64,000 nucleotides of DNA, from assembly GCA_965219095.1 (NCBI GenBank), contig CBDCMT010000001.1, positions 2,240,001-2,304,000 on the forward strand, given 5' to 3'. The position numbers were made by a program, and so were the translations under genes. This stretch comes from Bdellovibrionales bacterium. Its GTDB lineage: Bacteria; Bdellovibrionota; Bdellovibrionia; Bdellovibrionales; UBA1609. Shown here in pieces: positions 11,543 to 20,715 of the stretch (the stretch's first letter is position 1; each line of letters begins with the position of its first letter). The notes beneath the pieces were generated by a model that searched no databases, was not told where the DNA came from, and was given only the letters and a program-made list of their open reading frames with translations.

Positions 11543-13118
11543 AGTTTTGTCAGGTCAGCAAAAAGATCAAACTTTTGAGTTCAAACCAGGAAGTTATACT
11601 ATAGGGCGAAGTAATTCCTGTGATGTTATTTTAACAAGTGATGGAATTTCCAAACAACATGCTCAGCTTGTTGTATCCCCTGTAGGTAGTTTTATTAAAG
11701 ATCTAGGTTCTCGTAATGGAGTTTTTGTCAACGGAGTTAAAGTTCTGGAAAAACAATTGCAACCGGGAGAACAAATCACACTCCATGATGTGTTTTTAAA
11801 GTTAGAAGTTCAGGATCGTATTTTATCCATGACTTCTTTCCCCAGCCAAGGAAATTTAGCCTACGCTCAAAATTTAGAAGAAAATTTCCCCAACTCTTTT
11901 GAAAACAAAGAAGTTCATAGAGATCACAGAAAACAGTTTGCAGGTTTTGTCCAGAGATGTCAGGAGTATATAGAAAGCGTTGTTCTTCCTGGCGTTTATA
12001 AATTGCCAGAGTTGTTTAATTTCAAATGGGTTATTGGATTTTTACTTTTTTGTTTTGTTATTTTTGTAACAAGTCTTTCCTCTATACCTTTAGTTCGTAT
12101 TTTAAAAACAAGTATTGAGCAGGAAAGCCAAAGAAGAGCTATGACCATTGCTAAAACTTTAACTTTTGCTAACTTGGATGTTGTAGCTCAAGGGGTTTTC
12201 TCTTCTTTGTCTGTAGATTTTGCATTAAAAGAACCAGGAGTCAGACAAGCTTATATCATTAACTCTCTTGACGGCAGCGTTTTAGCACCAGTGAAATCTT
12301 TAGGAACCTTTCCTGATCTCCCCTTTGTCCATGAAGCACGTCAAGAGGGAAAAGAAGCTTTAAAGCAAGTTGATAACAATACCATTGTAGCTGTTTCTCC
12401 TATTACTGTTTTTGATTCGGACAAAGGATTTCCTACAGCTAAAGCTCTCTCTGTTGTGGTTTATAATATGGGGATTTTAGCTGTGGGAGATAAAAGAAAG
12501 GTAAGTCTTTTTATCCAAACCTTTTTCATTGCTTTATTAGTAGGCTCTTTACTTTTCTTTTTTATATGGAAGCTTGTGGAAAAACCTTTTTCTTCTTTAA
12601 ATTCACAAATGGATGAGGCTCTGAAGTCAGATACAGCTTTGCTAATAAGTTCTTACAGATTTCCCATATTTCAAAGTTTTATAGAGAACGTGAATAATGC
12701 TCTTAACCGTATGAGGCATGGACAAGAATCTTACGAAAAAGAAAGGTTTGTCGAGCAAGATCGCAGTCAGGAGATGAAAAACATTGTAGAGCTTATAGGC
12801 TTTCCTTCTATGACCCTAAGAGCAGGGGATTTGACTGTCTTATCCTTAAACTCAAACTTTGAAGAGCTTTTAGGTATGACTTCAGCAGATCTTCTTTACA
12901 AGTCTCTTGATCAGTTTCCCGATCAATCCTTAAAGCTAGCCTTAAAGGATTTAACCACTCAGGCTGATATCAATCCAGGAGATCTTTGTTCCCAGCCGAT
13001 GGAGTTTTCCGGCTCTGAATATGAAGTGATCTTGCAGGCTGTATATGGATCTCAAGAAATAGCCTATTATCTTACTGTGATCGCTCCCAAAGAAGAGGAG
13101 GAAGAGAGTTATGAGTAA
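11529..13118 (+). CDS. FHA-domain membrane protein (FHA - TM - periplasmic domain - TM - HAMP/PAS-like)
   Basis: IGRSNSCDVIL...ISKQHA...DLGSRNGVFVNG; two hydrophobic helices; C-terminal LNSNFEELLGM...DL PAS-like segment. Confidence 0.8.
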   Translation: MWILKVLSGQQKDQTFEFKPGSYTIGRSNSCDVILTSDGISKQHAQLVVSPVGSFIKDLGSRNGVFVNGVKVLEKQLQPGEQITLHDVFLKLEVQDRILSMTSFPSQGNLAYAQNLEENFPNSFENKEVHRDHRKQFAGFVQRCQEYIESVVLPGVYKLPELFNFKWVIGFLLFCFVIFVTSLSSIPLVRILKTSIEQESQRRAMTIAKTLTFANLDVVAQGVFSSLSVDFALKEPGVRQAYIINSLDGSVLAPVKSLGTFPDLPFVHEARQEGKEALKQVDNNTIVAVSPITVFDSDKGFPTAKALSVVVYNMGILAVGDKRKVSLFIQTFFIALLVGSLLFFFIWKLVEKPFSSLNSQMDEALKSDTALLISSYRFPIFQSFIENVNNALNRMRHGQESYEKERFVEQDRSQEMKNIVELIGFPSMTLRAGDLTVLSLNSNFEELLGMTSADLLYKSLDQFPDQSLKLALKDLTTQADINPGDLCSQPMEFSGSEYEVILQAVYGSQEIAYYLTVIAPKEEEEESYE

Positions 13119-14025
13119 TTTAACTCTTAAAACTCAACCTCTTTGTAGCTTAGAAATTTTATCAGGGATTGAAAAGGGAAAGTGTTTTAAGTTAATAGGG
13201 CGAGAGGTTTCCATAGGTCGAAGTCGAAAAAATGACATTAGTCTTTTGCATGATGAATCTTGTAGTCGAAAGCATGCTATTTTAAAAATTGATTTTAACA
13301 ACCATGCTTTTATTTCTGTAAATGATGATCATAAAACTCTTAAGCTTAATGGGCAGATCGTAAAAGGGGGAAGAGTTCGACATGGAGATAAAATTGAAAT
13401 TGGAAAGACAAAACTTCTCTTTCAATCATCCATGGCTTTAGAAGAAAAGAAAACTTCTGCAAGTAAAATTCAAAGAAAAGGGATTCTTAAAAAGAAGCAT
13501 GGAATGTTTTATGCTGTCATAGGAATTGTCGTTTTCCTTTTTTTATTTTTGTTTTCTGGAGGAGAGGAAAAAAAGAAAAATCTTAAAATTCGCACAGACA
13601 GTGAAATTAAAAAAATTGTTTTAGAGAACAAAAAAATATTTGAGAAATTAAAAGAGATAAAAAAAGAAAAAGGACAGCTTTCTAAAGAGTATCAAAGATC
13701 TCAAGCTTTGTTCTTATCAGGTTTGCGAGACTATAAAAATCAACTTTTTGAAAAGGCTGTTGATTATTTTTATGCATGCCTGTCTATTTTTCCTGATCAC
13801 CCTCTATGTAAGAGATACCTTTCTACAACCAGAAAAAGGTTAAGCGAAAAAATTCAGGGCTTTATGAAAAAAGGGCAATGGCATAAAGAAAATCAACAGT
13901 ATAAGAAGTGTTATCAATCTTATTTTCAAGCTATGAACTTAATTAAAGACAATAAAAAACAACTCTATAGAGAAGCTGAATCAGGAGCTCATTATTGTAA
14001 ATTTTTAACAAAGAACATTTATTGA
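13111..14025 (+). CDS. FHA - TM - TPR-like protein
   Basis: IGRSRKNDISL...SRKHA, GDKIEIG; single TM; helical C-terminus (FLSGLRDY...AVDYF...PDHP). Confidence 0.8.
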   Translation: MSNLTLKTQPLCSLEILSGIEKGKCFKLIGREVSIGRSRKNDISLLHDESCSRKHAILKIDFNNHAFISVNDDHKTLKLNGQIVKGGRVRHGDKIEIGKTKLLFQSSMALEEKKTSASKIQRKGILKKKHGMFYAVIGIVVFLFLFLFSGGEEKKKNLKIRTDSEIKKIVLENKKIFEKLKEIKKEKGQLSKEYQRSQALFLSGLRDYKNQLFEKAVDYFYACLSIFPDHPLCKRYLSTTRKRLSEKIQGFMKKGQWHKENQQYKKCYQSYFQAMNLIKDNKKQLYREAESGAHYCKFLTKNIY

Positions 14026-14034
14026 GGATTAACA

Positions 14035-15852
14035 ATGGCATTTACAAAGTTAAGAATTTTTTTAAAGGGAAGAGAGATTGAAACTTTCAGCCTCAATGAC
14101 CTTTCTGAGTTTACCATAGGAAGAAGTTCTCAATGTAATTATGTTCTAAAGCAGGGTAAAAAAATCTCCCGTAAGCATATACGACTTTATAAAGAAGAGG
14201 ATACAAATGTATGGGTGGCTGAAAATCTTTCTCGCTTTAAACACTTTTTTGTGAAATCTAAAACTGTAGATAAGTTGGTTTTAAAAAATGGTTCAAAATT
14301 CTCCTGCCCTCCCTATGAGTTTTTGTACGAAGAGACTCAACAAGAAAAAAATAAAGAAGATTCTAAGTTCTTAGAAAGCTCTTCTGATGATGACACTATA
14401 ACTTCTTTTTCTCAGATCCAAGGCTTTCTGGAAGCCTATCATCAAGAAAAAGGCTTTAAGAGCTTCTCATTGAGTCAGACAAATGTGACTTTCGGCAAAG
14501 GGAAAAACTGTGATGAGATCTTAGAAGAAAGCTCTCAAGAACAAGCTTTTTTTGAAATTTTTAAATCTACAGACGGCTTTTTTATTGAACCTCTTCAAGC
14601 TTCAGTCAAGATTAAAAAAAATACACTAACAAGTCGACAGAGGCTCAATAGTGGTGATCTTTTTGAATGTGAGGGTTGGAGTTTTACTTTCTTAGAAAAA
14701 AATAAAGCTATTGAAGAAAAAATCAATAAGTTCCCTTCTCTGTCTTCTGCCTCTCATTCTTATGCCTCCTCACAACCTCTTTCTGTTATTGTTGAAACGA
14801 AAAAAAGTTTTTTTAAATCTCCGAGGTTAAAAAAACTTATGGGAGCTAGTCTCGTTTTAATTGTTATGCTTGCTTTCTTTTCAGGTCATAAAAATCCTAA
14901 AAAAATAGAGAAAAAACCTGTCAGTCCTTATGATCAATTGACTGAAACAGAAAAAATTCAAATTGAACACTCTTTTGAATTAGCCAGAAAACAAAGTGAT
15001 AAGATGAAGTATACCTTATGCCTTGAAGAACTCAAAGTCATTCATAGCTTTTTATCCTCGTATAAGGACTCTCAAGAACTAAAGGCTAAATGTAAAATTG
15101 GTTTAGAACAGGAAAGACGCTATAAAAGGCTAGCACAATTAGAAGAACAGGAAAGAAGAACAAAACAAAAAGTTAAAGAAAAGGTTTTAGTATGCAAGAA
15201 GAAATCTTTAACTTTTAGAAGTGTTGAAGAACTCAAAGAATGTCTAGGGGAGAGCATAAATCTCTATCCTGGATTTGAAGATATGCAACAACTAGAAATG
15301 AACGTGAAAGTAAGATTGAGAAATGAAGAAGAAAGAAAAGAACAGAATGCTATCTATAGAGAAAAAGTAGAAAAAGGTGTTCAACACTACCAAAAAGCCA
15401 TAAGCTTTAAAGAAAAAACACCTTTAAAAACAAGAATGTCTTATCTTAAAGCCTATATAAATACTCCTTATCCTGATCCTAACCACTTAAAGGCTAAAGC
15501 TAGGAGAAACTTAGCTTCTCTTGAAAAAGATTTTCATAGAAAAATAAACGCACATCTTAATCAATGTAAAACAGCATTTGAAAAGAAATATTATAAACAA
15601 GCTTACTCTTCTTGTAACCTTGCCCTTAAAGAGGATTTAAGTCATCAAGAAGCCAAAAATTTAAAAAGAAAAATTATTAATGAAAAGGATCAAAAAATGC
15701 GCCATTACTATAACCAAGCTACACTTGAGGAGGGCTTTCGAAATATATATACTGCTAGAAAGTATTGGCAAAGAATTCTTAAGGAAGATGTTGAGGATGG
15801 AACCTATTACCAAAAAGCCAAGCGCAAATTAGATCAATATGGAGATCTTTAA
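14035..15852 (+). CDS. Tandem FHA - TM - coiled-coil/TPR protein
   Basis: IGRSSQCNYVL...ISRKH; second degenerate FHA (FGKGKNCD...LNSGD); TM; TPR-like C-terminus. Confidence 0.75.
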   Translation: MAFTKLRIFLKGREIETFSLNDLSEFTIGRSSQCNYVLKQGKKISRKHIRLYKEEDTNVWVAENLSRFKHFFVKSKTVDKLVLKNGSKFSCPPYEFLYEETQQEKNKEDSKFLESSSDDDTITSFSQIQGFLEAYHQEKGFKSFSLSQTNVTFGKGKNCDEILEESSQEQAFFEIFKSTDGFFIEPLQASVKIKKNTLTSRQRLNSGDLFECEGWSFTFLEKNKAIEEKINKFPSLSSASHSYASSQPLSVIVETKKSFFKSPRLKKLMGASLVLIVMLAFFSGHKNPKKIEKKPVSPYDQLTETEKIQIEHSFELARKQSDKMKYTLCLEELKVIHSFLSSYKDSQELKAKCKIGLEQERRYKRLAQLEEQERRTKQKVKEKVLVCKKKSLTFRSVEELKECLGESINLYPGFEDMQQLEMNVKVRLRNEEERKEQNAIYREKVEKGVQHYQKAISFKEKTPLKTRMSYLKAYINTPYPDPNHLKAKARRNLASLEKDFHRKINAHLNQCKTAFEKKYYKQAYSSCNLALKEDLSHQEAKNLKRKIINEKDQKMRHYYNQATLEEGFRNIYTARKYWQRILKEDVEDGTYYQKAKRKLDQYGDL

Positions 15853-16556
15853 TGAAGTCATTCGAACACTCTTCTTACGGTGGAGAGCTTTTCCGTCCTC
15901 AACCCGAAATATGGATTGATGAAGGAGGTTCTTTCATAGCTATTTTGACAGCCTGGGGTAAAACTAAAGGAGTCCACAAATCCATAGATCGACTCAAAGA
16001 GTTTTTAGAAAACCTCTCTGAAGATTTTGATGAAGATGTCACTTCAGCTTTTGAAAATTTAGAAGAACTTTCTTTCTTAGGAAATCGTTTGAGGAATTCT
16101 GTTCTTATGTTAAATGAGGCTTTGTTAGAAGAGGAAAATAAACATGAGTATAAGCTGGGGTTTGAGATTTTTTTAGGGGGCTTTCGTCAAAATGAACTCA
16201 CTTGGATTCAGTATGGCCAACCCTCAGTATACTTTATAAGAGAAAAGAGGCCTGTCATCAACCTAGGTCTTCAAACAGATTTTTCTTTAGATCACAGTAT
16301 TTCCGAAAACACCCTTCCCCCTCTTCCTAAACATCTTCTAGGTTTATTTCCTTTGAATACAGTTTACGTTAATACAACAAGAATTTATAAAGGAGACAGA
16401 CTTTTGTTTTTGAGCAGAAGTCTTGCACCTCAGTGCATAGAAAAAATAGAAGATAACAAAAGGGATATGAAGTCTTTGAGGCGGTTTTTATCCCAAGATG
16501 ATAAAACCATGCCTTTTTGGATGGGTTTACTGGAAGTAGATGAATTCTTAAGATAA
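15852..16556 (+). CDS. PP2C/SpoIIE-fold protein, catalytic residues apparently lost
   Basis: LRNSVLMLNE helix, LTWIQYGQPSVYFIR (cf. VGDSRxY), GDRLLFLSRSL (cf. GDxLLLCSDGL). Confidence 0.6.
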   Translation: MKSFEHSSYGGELFRPQPEIWIDEGGSFIAILTAWGKTKGVHKSIDRLKEFLENLSEDFDEDVTSAFENLEELSFLGNRLRNSVLMLNEALLEEENKHEYKLGFEIFLGGFRQNELTWIQYGQPSVYFIREKRPVINLGLQTDFSLDHSISENTLPPLPKHLLGLFPLNTVYVNTTRIYKGDRLLFLSRSLAPQCIEKIEDNKRDMKSLRRFLSQDDKTMPFWMGLLEVDEFLR

Positions 16557-16561
16557 GAAAA

Positions 16562-18448
16562 TCACTTTTTTTCGTTTTCTAAAGAAAAGGAAAAATAGAC
16601 TTTATTGTTTTCAGTACAAATGGAAGGTTTTTTAATGTACTTTAAGTGAGAACTGTTTTCTAAATTCTTTATTTTATTTTCTATAACTAACTGTGTAATA
16701 TAGTTTATGCTAAAATCCAAGATCATAAAGTCAGCAACAGAGACTACAGGAACGGCAAGTGTGAAAATAAGTGTCTCAAGATTAAATATATCATTTAAAC
16801 CTAAAATTTTTTTCACTTTAACATCCTTATACTTAAACATTGAGATTCTTTGTTTTTCTTTATTGTAGAAGGGTTTAATGGGTATTTTGAGCTTATACCT
16901 TTGTTTTTTTACAAGAAATATAAAGATAGGATTTTTTTTATAAACTTTCAATGAAAGATCAATGAACAGCTTTTGGTTTTCACTTAGAAATTTAAAATCT
17001 CTGATTTTGAATTTAACAAAAGGCTGAGTTTTATGACAGGAGATTTTATTTTGTTTTCTATCAAAGCAAAGGGTGAACTTTTTAGGAAATTTTTTCTTAA
17101 AATAATACATTATATAGTTTATCGTTTCTATTTTTGTCTCTAAAGTGACATGTGAAGCGACTTTGTTATCCTGACATAACTTTGTTTTAGGATTTGTAAA
17201 GGTTTTATCTACCTCTTCTTTTGTAAAATGGCTTTTTGCCCCTTTGAAAAGAAGATGCATATCGAAGTCTATGTTTTGCTCTAAGGACTTTCTTATTTTT
17301 CTAATGTAAAGTGTGGGCTTTTCAAGTTCGAGTTCCTCTTGAGAATCAGACAATTTTGAAGAAGATAACTTAAAGCCTGAACGTACATGAGTGTTCAATT
17401 TTTTCACAACCTTAGGGAAAACTTTCTTTTTGAGCAGTTTGCTTAAAAGAGTTTTTGTATAAACTCTTACCATGTGATCAAGGAGAGTTTTAGAACAAAT
17501 AGAGTTCTTACGGTTAAAATCATCAGAAAGGCAGTCTTCGTAGTTTGAAGCCAAAGAACTGACATAAGAGAGGTCGATGAAAGTAAGAGGGTTTGTGTGA
17601 ACAAAAGCTTTTTTTGCTCTTTTGTCCTCCACATCTTGGTTCAGGTCTCCTAAATTTAATGAAAAAACAAAGGGAGTTTCTTCTAAAGAGAATTTTACAG
17701 ACTCTTGTTTTATGTAAAAAAGGTCTTCTATGGAGGTAAAACTGTAGAAAATTTTCCCAGAGACACAAAAAGGTTTCTCAGGATAAAGAGGCTTTACGGA
17801 AAAAAACGATGGACTCTCAACTTTTACGTAAGTTCTGTTGTCTAAAAGAGAGCGAGTTGATATTTTATCAATTACAAGATCTAACTCAGAAACACAAACG
17901 TTTAGCATAAAACTTTGCTCTAACTCATCTATATTTTCTATAGAAAGATCTGAAATTTTTTGATTTTTTATTATGAGGTTTGTAAAAGTTATCTCTGTGG
18001 GATCAGGGTAGAGAAGATGATAATTTTTAAGAGGTATGCGAGTGAAAGAATAAGGTACCCCCCAACAAGTCTCCCAGATTTCTTTCAAACTCTTTTGACC
18101 TCTAGCATATTTCTCTAAGTGATAACAATCGCTCTTGTTAGGACTTATTGTTAAATGGTCATACAGTTTAAGATCCTTTACTTCACGGTAACCTAATCTT
18201 TGCAAGACTCTTAAACCTAAATGAGAGATAATATTCTCTTTTACAGAGAAAGTAAAGCTAAAATGCTTTATGTTTTTTAAATTTTCAAGCTCTTTCTTAG
18301 TTTGCTTTTTGATATTTTTCTGTCTATTACTGAAATTATTATAGAAATGAAAATGAGGTTGATTTAAAGGTTGAGAGTGTAAAGTAAGAGTAAAGAGAAA
18401 ATCTAAAAGAAAGATAAAGCCTAAGAGTGGAATTTTTACGAACTTCAT
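16562..18448 (-). CDS. Secreted hypothetical protein, 628 aa (putative two-domain BPI/TULIP-like)
   Basis: Long ORF with signal-peptide-like N-terminus; ATGA overlap with the upstream gene; fold assignment is inference. Confidence 0.7.
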   Translation of the reverse strand: MKFVKIPLLGFIFLLDFLFTLTLHSQPLNQPHFHFYNNFSNRQKNIKKQTKKELENLKNIKHFSFTFSVKENIISHLGLRVLQRLGYREVKDLKLYDHLTISPNKSDCYHLEKYARGQKSLKEIWETCWGVPYSFTRIPLKNYHLLYPDPTEITFTNLIIKNQKISDLSIENIDELEQSFMLNVCVSELDLVIDKISTRSLLDNRTYVKVESPSFFSVKPLYPEKPFCVSGKIFYSFTSIEDLFYIKQESVKFSLEETPFVFSLNLGDLNQDVEDKRAKKAFVHTNPLTFIDLSYVSSLASNYEDCLSDDFNRKNSICSKTLLDHMVRVYTKTLLSKLLKKKVFPKVVKKLNTHVRSGFKLSSSKLSDSQEELELEKPTLYIRKIRKSLEQNIDFDMHLLFKGAKSHFTKEEVDKTFTNPKTKLCQDNKVASHVTLETKIETINYIMYYFKKKFPKKFTLCFDRKQNKISCHKTQPFVKFKIRDFKFLSENQKLFIDLSLKVYKKNPIFIFLVKKQRYKLKIPIKPFYNKEKQRISMFKYKDVKVKKILGLNDIFNLETLIFTLAVPVVSVADFMILDFSINYITQLVIENKIKNLENSSHLKYIKKPSICTENNKVYFSFSLENEKK

Positions 18449-19437
18449 TTTCTAGACTCCTCTATAGGCTTTTCTCTAGACTCCTCTATGTTTACAGGGT
18501 AAAGATCGTCACAAACATCTACGTTCAAGATGACAGTTTCATTTGATAAAGTTTTATCTAGAGATAAAGAGAGAGAACGTAATGTTCCTTCTTTTACAGG
18601 ACTTTGATTGTTGATTCTAAAAAGTTTAACTTTTTCAAAATTTATTTTTTGAACATAATCAATAACAAGCCTGTTTCTAACTTTTTTTGATAAATTAACT
18701 AAAGAGGTTTCTAAACTTTTCGTAAGTTTTTCAAAGCTTTGTTTCCATAGAGGAGCTTCGAGAGAGATGGAGAGCTTATTGAGTTGAAAGTTTGAGATCT
18801 TTTCATAAGACAGAAGGTTTGGAGAGAGAAGGCTTGGGGGGGTGAATTCAACATGCAAATAACCTTGAGAAGGCACTGTGAGCTTTAACTCAGGAGGGGT
18901 TTTGAAAAACACGTCAAGATTTTGTGAATAATTGAAATGAAGGTCATAAGCTTCTAAGCAAAAAGAGTCTGCACTCTCCACACTGGCTTTAAAGCTGTCA
19001 TCTACATAGATTAAATTAAGCTCTTGACTTGAGATCTTAAGGTCTCCTTCTATAGAAATGTCTTTCAGACATAATTTGAAATTTTTTATTGTTTTTGAAT
19101 CTGAACTCCTGAACTCTTCAAATTCAAAATTTGATAGGGAAAAATGGTCAAGTATTTTTAAATTTTTTACTTTCGTATTTAATGTTAAAAATTCATTGTT
19201 ATGGCTATGAAAAATAGAAAGGTTAGTAAAGTACGTATTCATTTTCTGTAAAAGAAGCTTTTTTGTAACTCTTTCTAAAGTAGGCTTCCAGCCTTCTAAA
19301 AACTCAAAAAGTACTTCATGATTAATAGAAAGCTCCACAACCTTTCTTTTTTCTTCATGACAAAGAACTGCATAAGAAGAAGGTGAAAGAAGGGAAATAT
19401 AGATATAAAATAAAGAAAACTGTAAGAGACGAATCAT
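18445..19437 (-). CDS. Secreted hypothetical protein, 330 aa (paralogue of neighbours)
   Basis: Signal peptide ending SYA; shared Cys and beta-strand pattern; ATGA overlaps on both sides. Confidence 0.7.
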   Translation of the reverse strand: MIRLLQFSLFYIYISLLSPSSYAVLCHEEKRKVVELSINHEVLFEFLEGWKPTLERVTKKLLLQKMNTYFTNLSIFHSHNNEFLTLNTKVKNLKILDHFSLSNFEFEEFRSSDSKTIKNFKLCLKDISIEGDLKISSQELNLIYVDDSFKASVESADSFCLEAYDLHFNYSQNLDVFFKTPPELKLTVPSQGYLHVEFTPPSLLSPNLLSYEKISNFQLNKLSISLEAPLWKQSFEKLTKSLETSLVNLSKKVRNRLVIDYVQKINFEKVKLFRINNQSPVKEGTLRSLSLSLDKTLSNETVILNVDVCDDLYPVNIEESREKPIEESRK

Positions 19438-20549
19438 CTCACATCCTCTCTCTTAGAAGCTCCACATTGATTCACTTTTATATGCACTTCCTCTTCTGTT
19501 TCCTTTAAAGAAAATATAAAGCTTGTGTTAGTAGAATTTCTTAAGTTATCATGAAAGGCTTTTATGGTACTTTGAAATTGATAATTTATATGGGTTAATT
19601 CATCGGAAAAAGCATGTTCTATTCGATAGCTTTCTTCAGATTTAAAATATGTATATAAATCTATAAAGAGGAGTTTTACTCTTGTAAAAAGGCTAGGGTT
19701 TTTACAAACTTTATCCTCACATAAACTCATTCCTGTTTTCTCTTTAAAAAGAAAGCTTATGAGATTTAAAAAGCTATCATCAGGAAGAATTTTAGGATGG
19801 TTTTGAAATTCAATGACAGAAGAAGAATTGTTTTCTTGGTACTCTTGAAGAACGTCTTCTAAATTATAAAAGAGTTCAAAATCTATGCCATTCTTATCTA
19901 AAGTACTGTAAATAAAATTTTCATTTTCTTCACTTTCTTTGAATTTTATAATGATTTTTGATCGTAGAGGCATGTTTATCTTTACAAATGAAGCCTTTGT
20001 CGTCTCTGTTTGGTAAAAGATTTCTTTTTCACTAAGATCAGAAACGGACAGTTCAAAGTTAAAAGAAAAAAAGTTTATAGAAAAATCAATAACAAAGTGT
20101 TTTTCCTTAGGGTTTAAAGTGCTTGAGTTGATAAGGGAAAGGTTGATAATGTTTAACTTCATTTCATCTATATCTTTGGGTTTAACTTTTATTTTTACAA
20201 GTAGCTTCTGAGAGTTAAAGTTTTCTAAACTGAAACTGAATTTTTTAAGAAAGAAGAGAGGAATTTCAATACAAGAAGATTTGTTTGAGGATTTTTCAGA
20301 TTTGTGGCATTCTGTCATCATATGAAAAAAAATATCTTGATGAATGTACGGAGTTAAAGCTTTATGAAACACATGTCCTAAGGTTTCATAAAGCCACTTA
20401 TGAGAGTCTTTGGAAAATCCTCCAGAAAGAGGGTCCTTTTTAATGGTTTGCTCTATTTTCACGTCACTACGATCACAAGTTTTAGCTTTTGTTGATAGAG
20501 GCAGAGCTGTGACCCCTATTGATGCAATAAGAATAAAAAAAAGCTTCAT
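19434..20549 (-). CDS. Secreted hypothetical protein, 371 aa (paralogue of neighbours)
   Basis: Signal peptide ending TKA; N- and C-terminal Cys placed as in the 330-aa protein. Confidence 0.7.
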   Translation of the reverse strand: MKLFFILIASIGVTALPLSTKAKTCDRSDVKIEQTIKKDPLSGGFSKDSHKWLYETLGHVFHKALTPYIHQDIFFHMMTECHKSEKSSNKSSCIEIPLFFLKKFSFSLENFNSQKLLVKIKVKPKDIDEMKLNIINLSLINSSTLNPKEKHFVIDFSINFFSFNFELSVSDLSEKEIFYQTETTKASFVKINMPLRSKIIIKFKESEENENFIYSTLDKNGIDFELFYNLEDVLQEYQENNSSSVIEFQNHPKILPDDSFLNLISFLFKEKTGMSLCEDKVCKNPSLFTRVKLLFIDLYTYFKSEESYRIEHAFSDELTHINYQFQSTIKAFHDNLRNSTNTSFIFSLKETEEEVHIKVNQCGASKREDVR

Positions 20550-20715
20550 GCCAAAACACCTTTCATGTTATTTTTCATCAATTGATATTTATAATATTCA
20601 CATTATTATAAACCCTTCTTTAAGAGCTAACAACTGTTAATTTCAACCATGTTTTGTAATTTTTACAAAAATAGGTTTTATTGACATTCTTTGAGTATGG
20701 TTTTAGCTTTAAACA

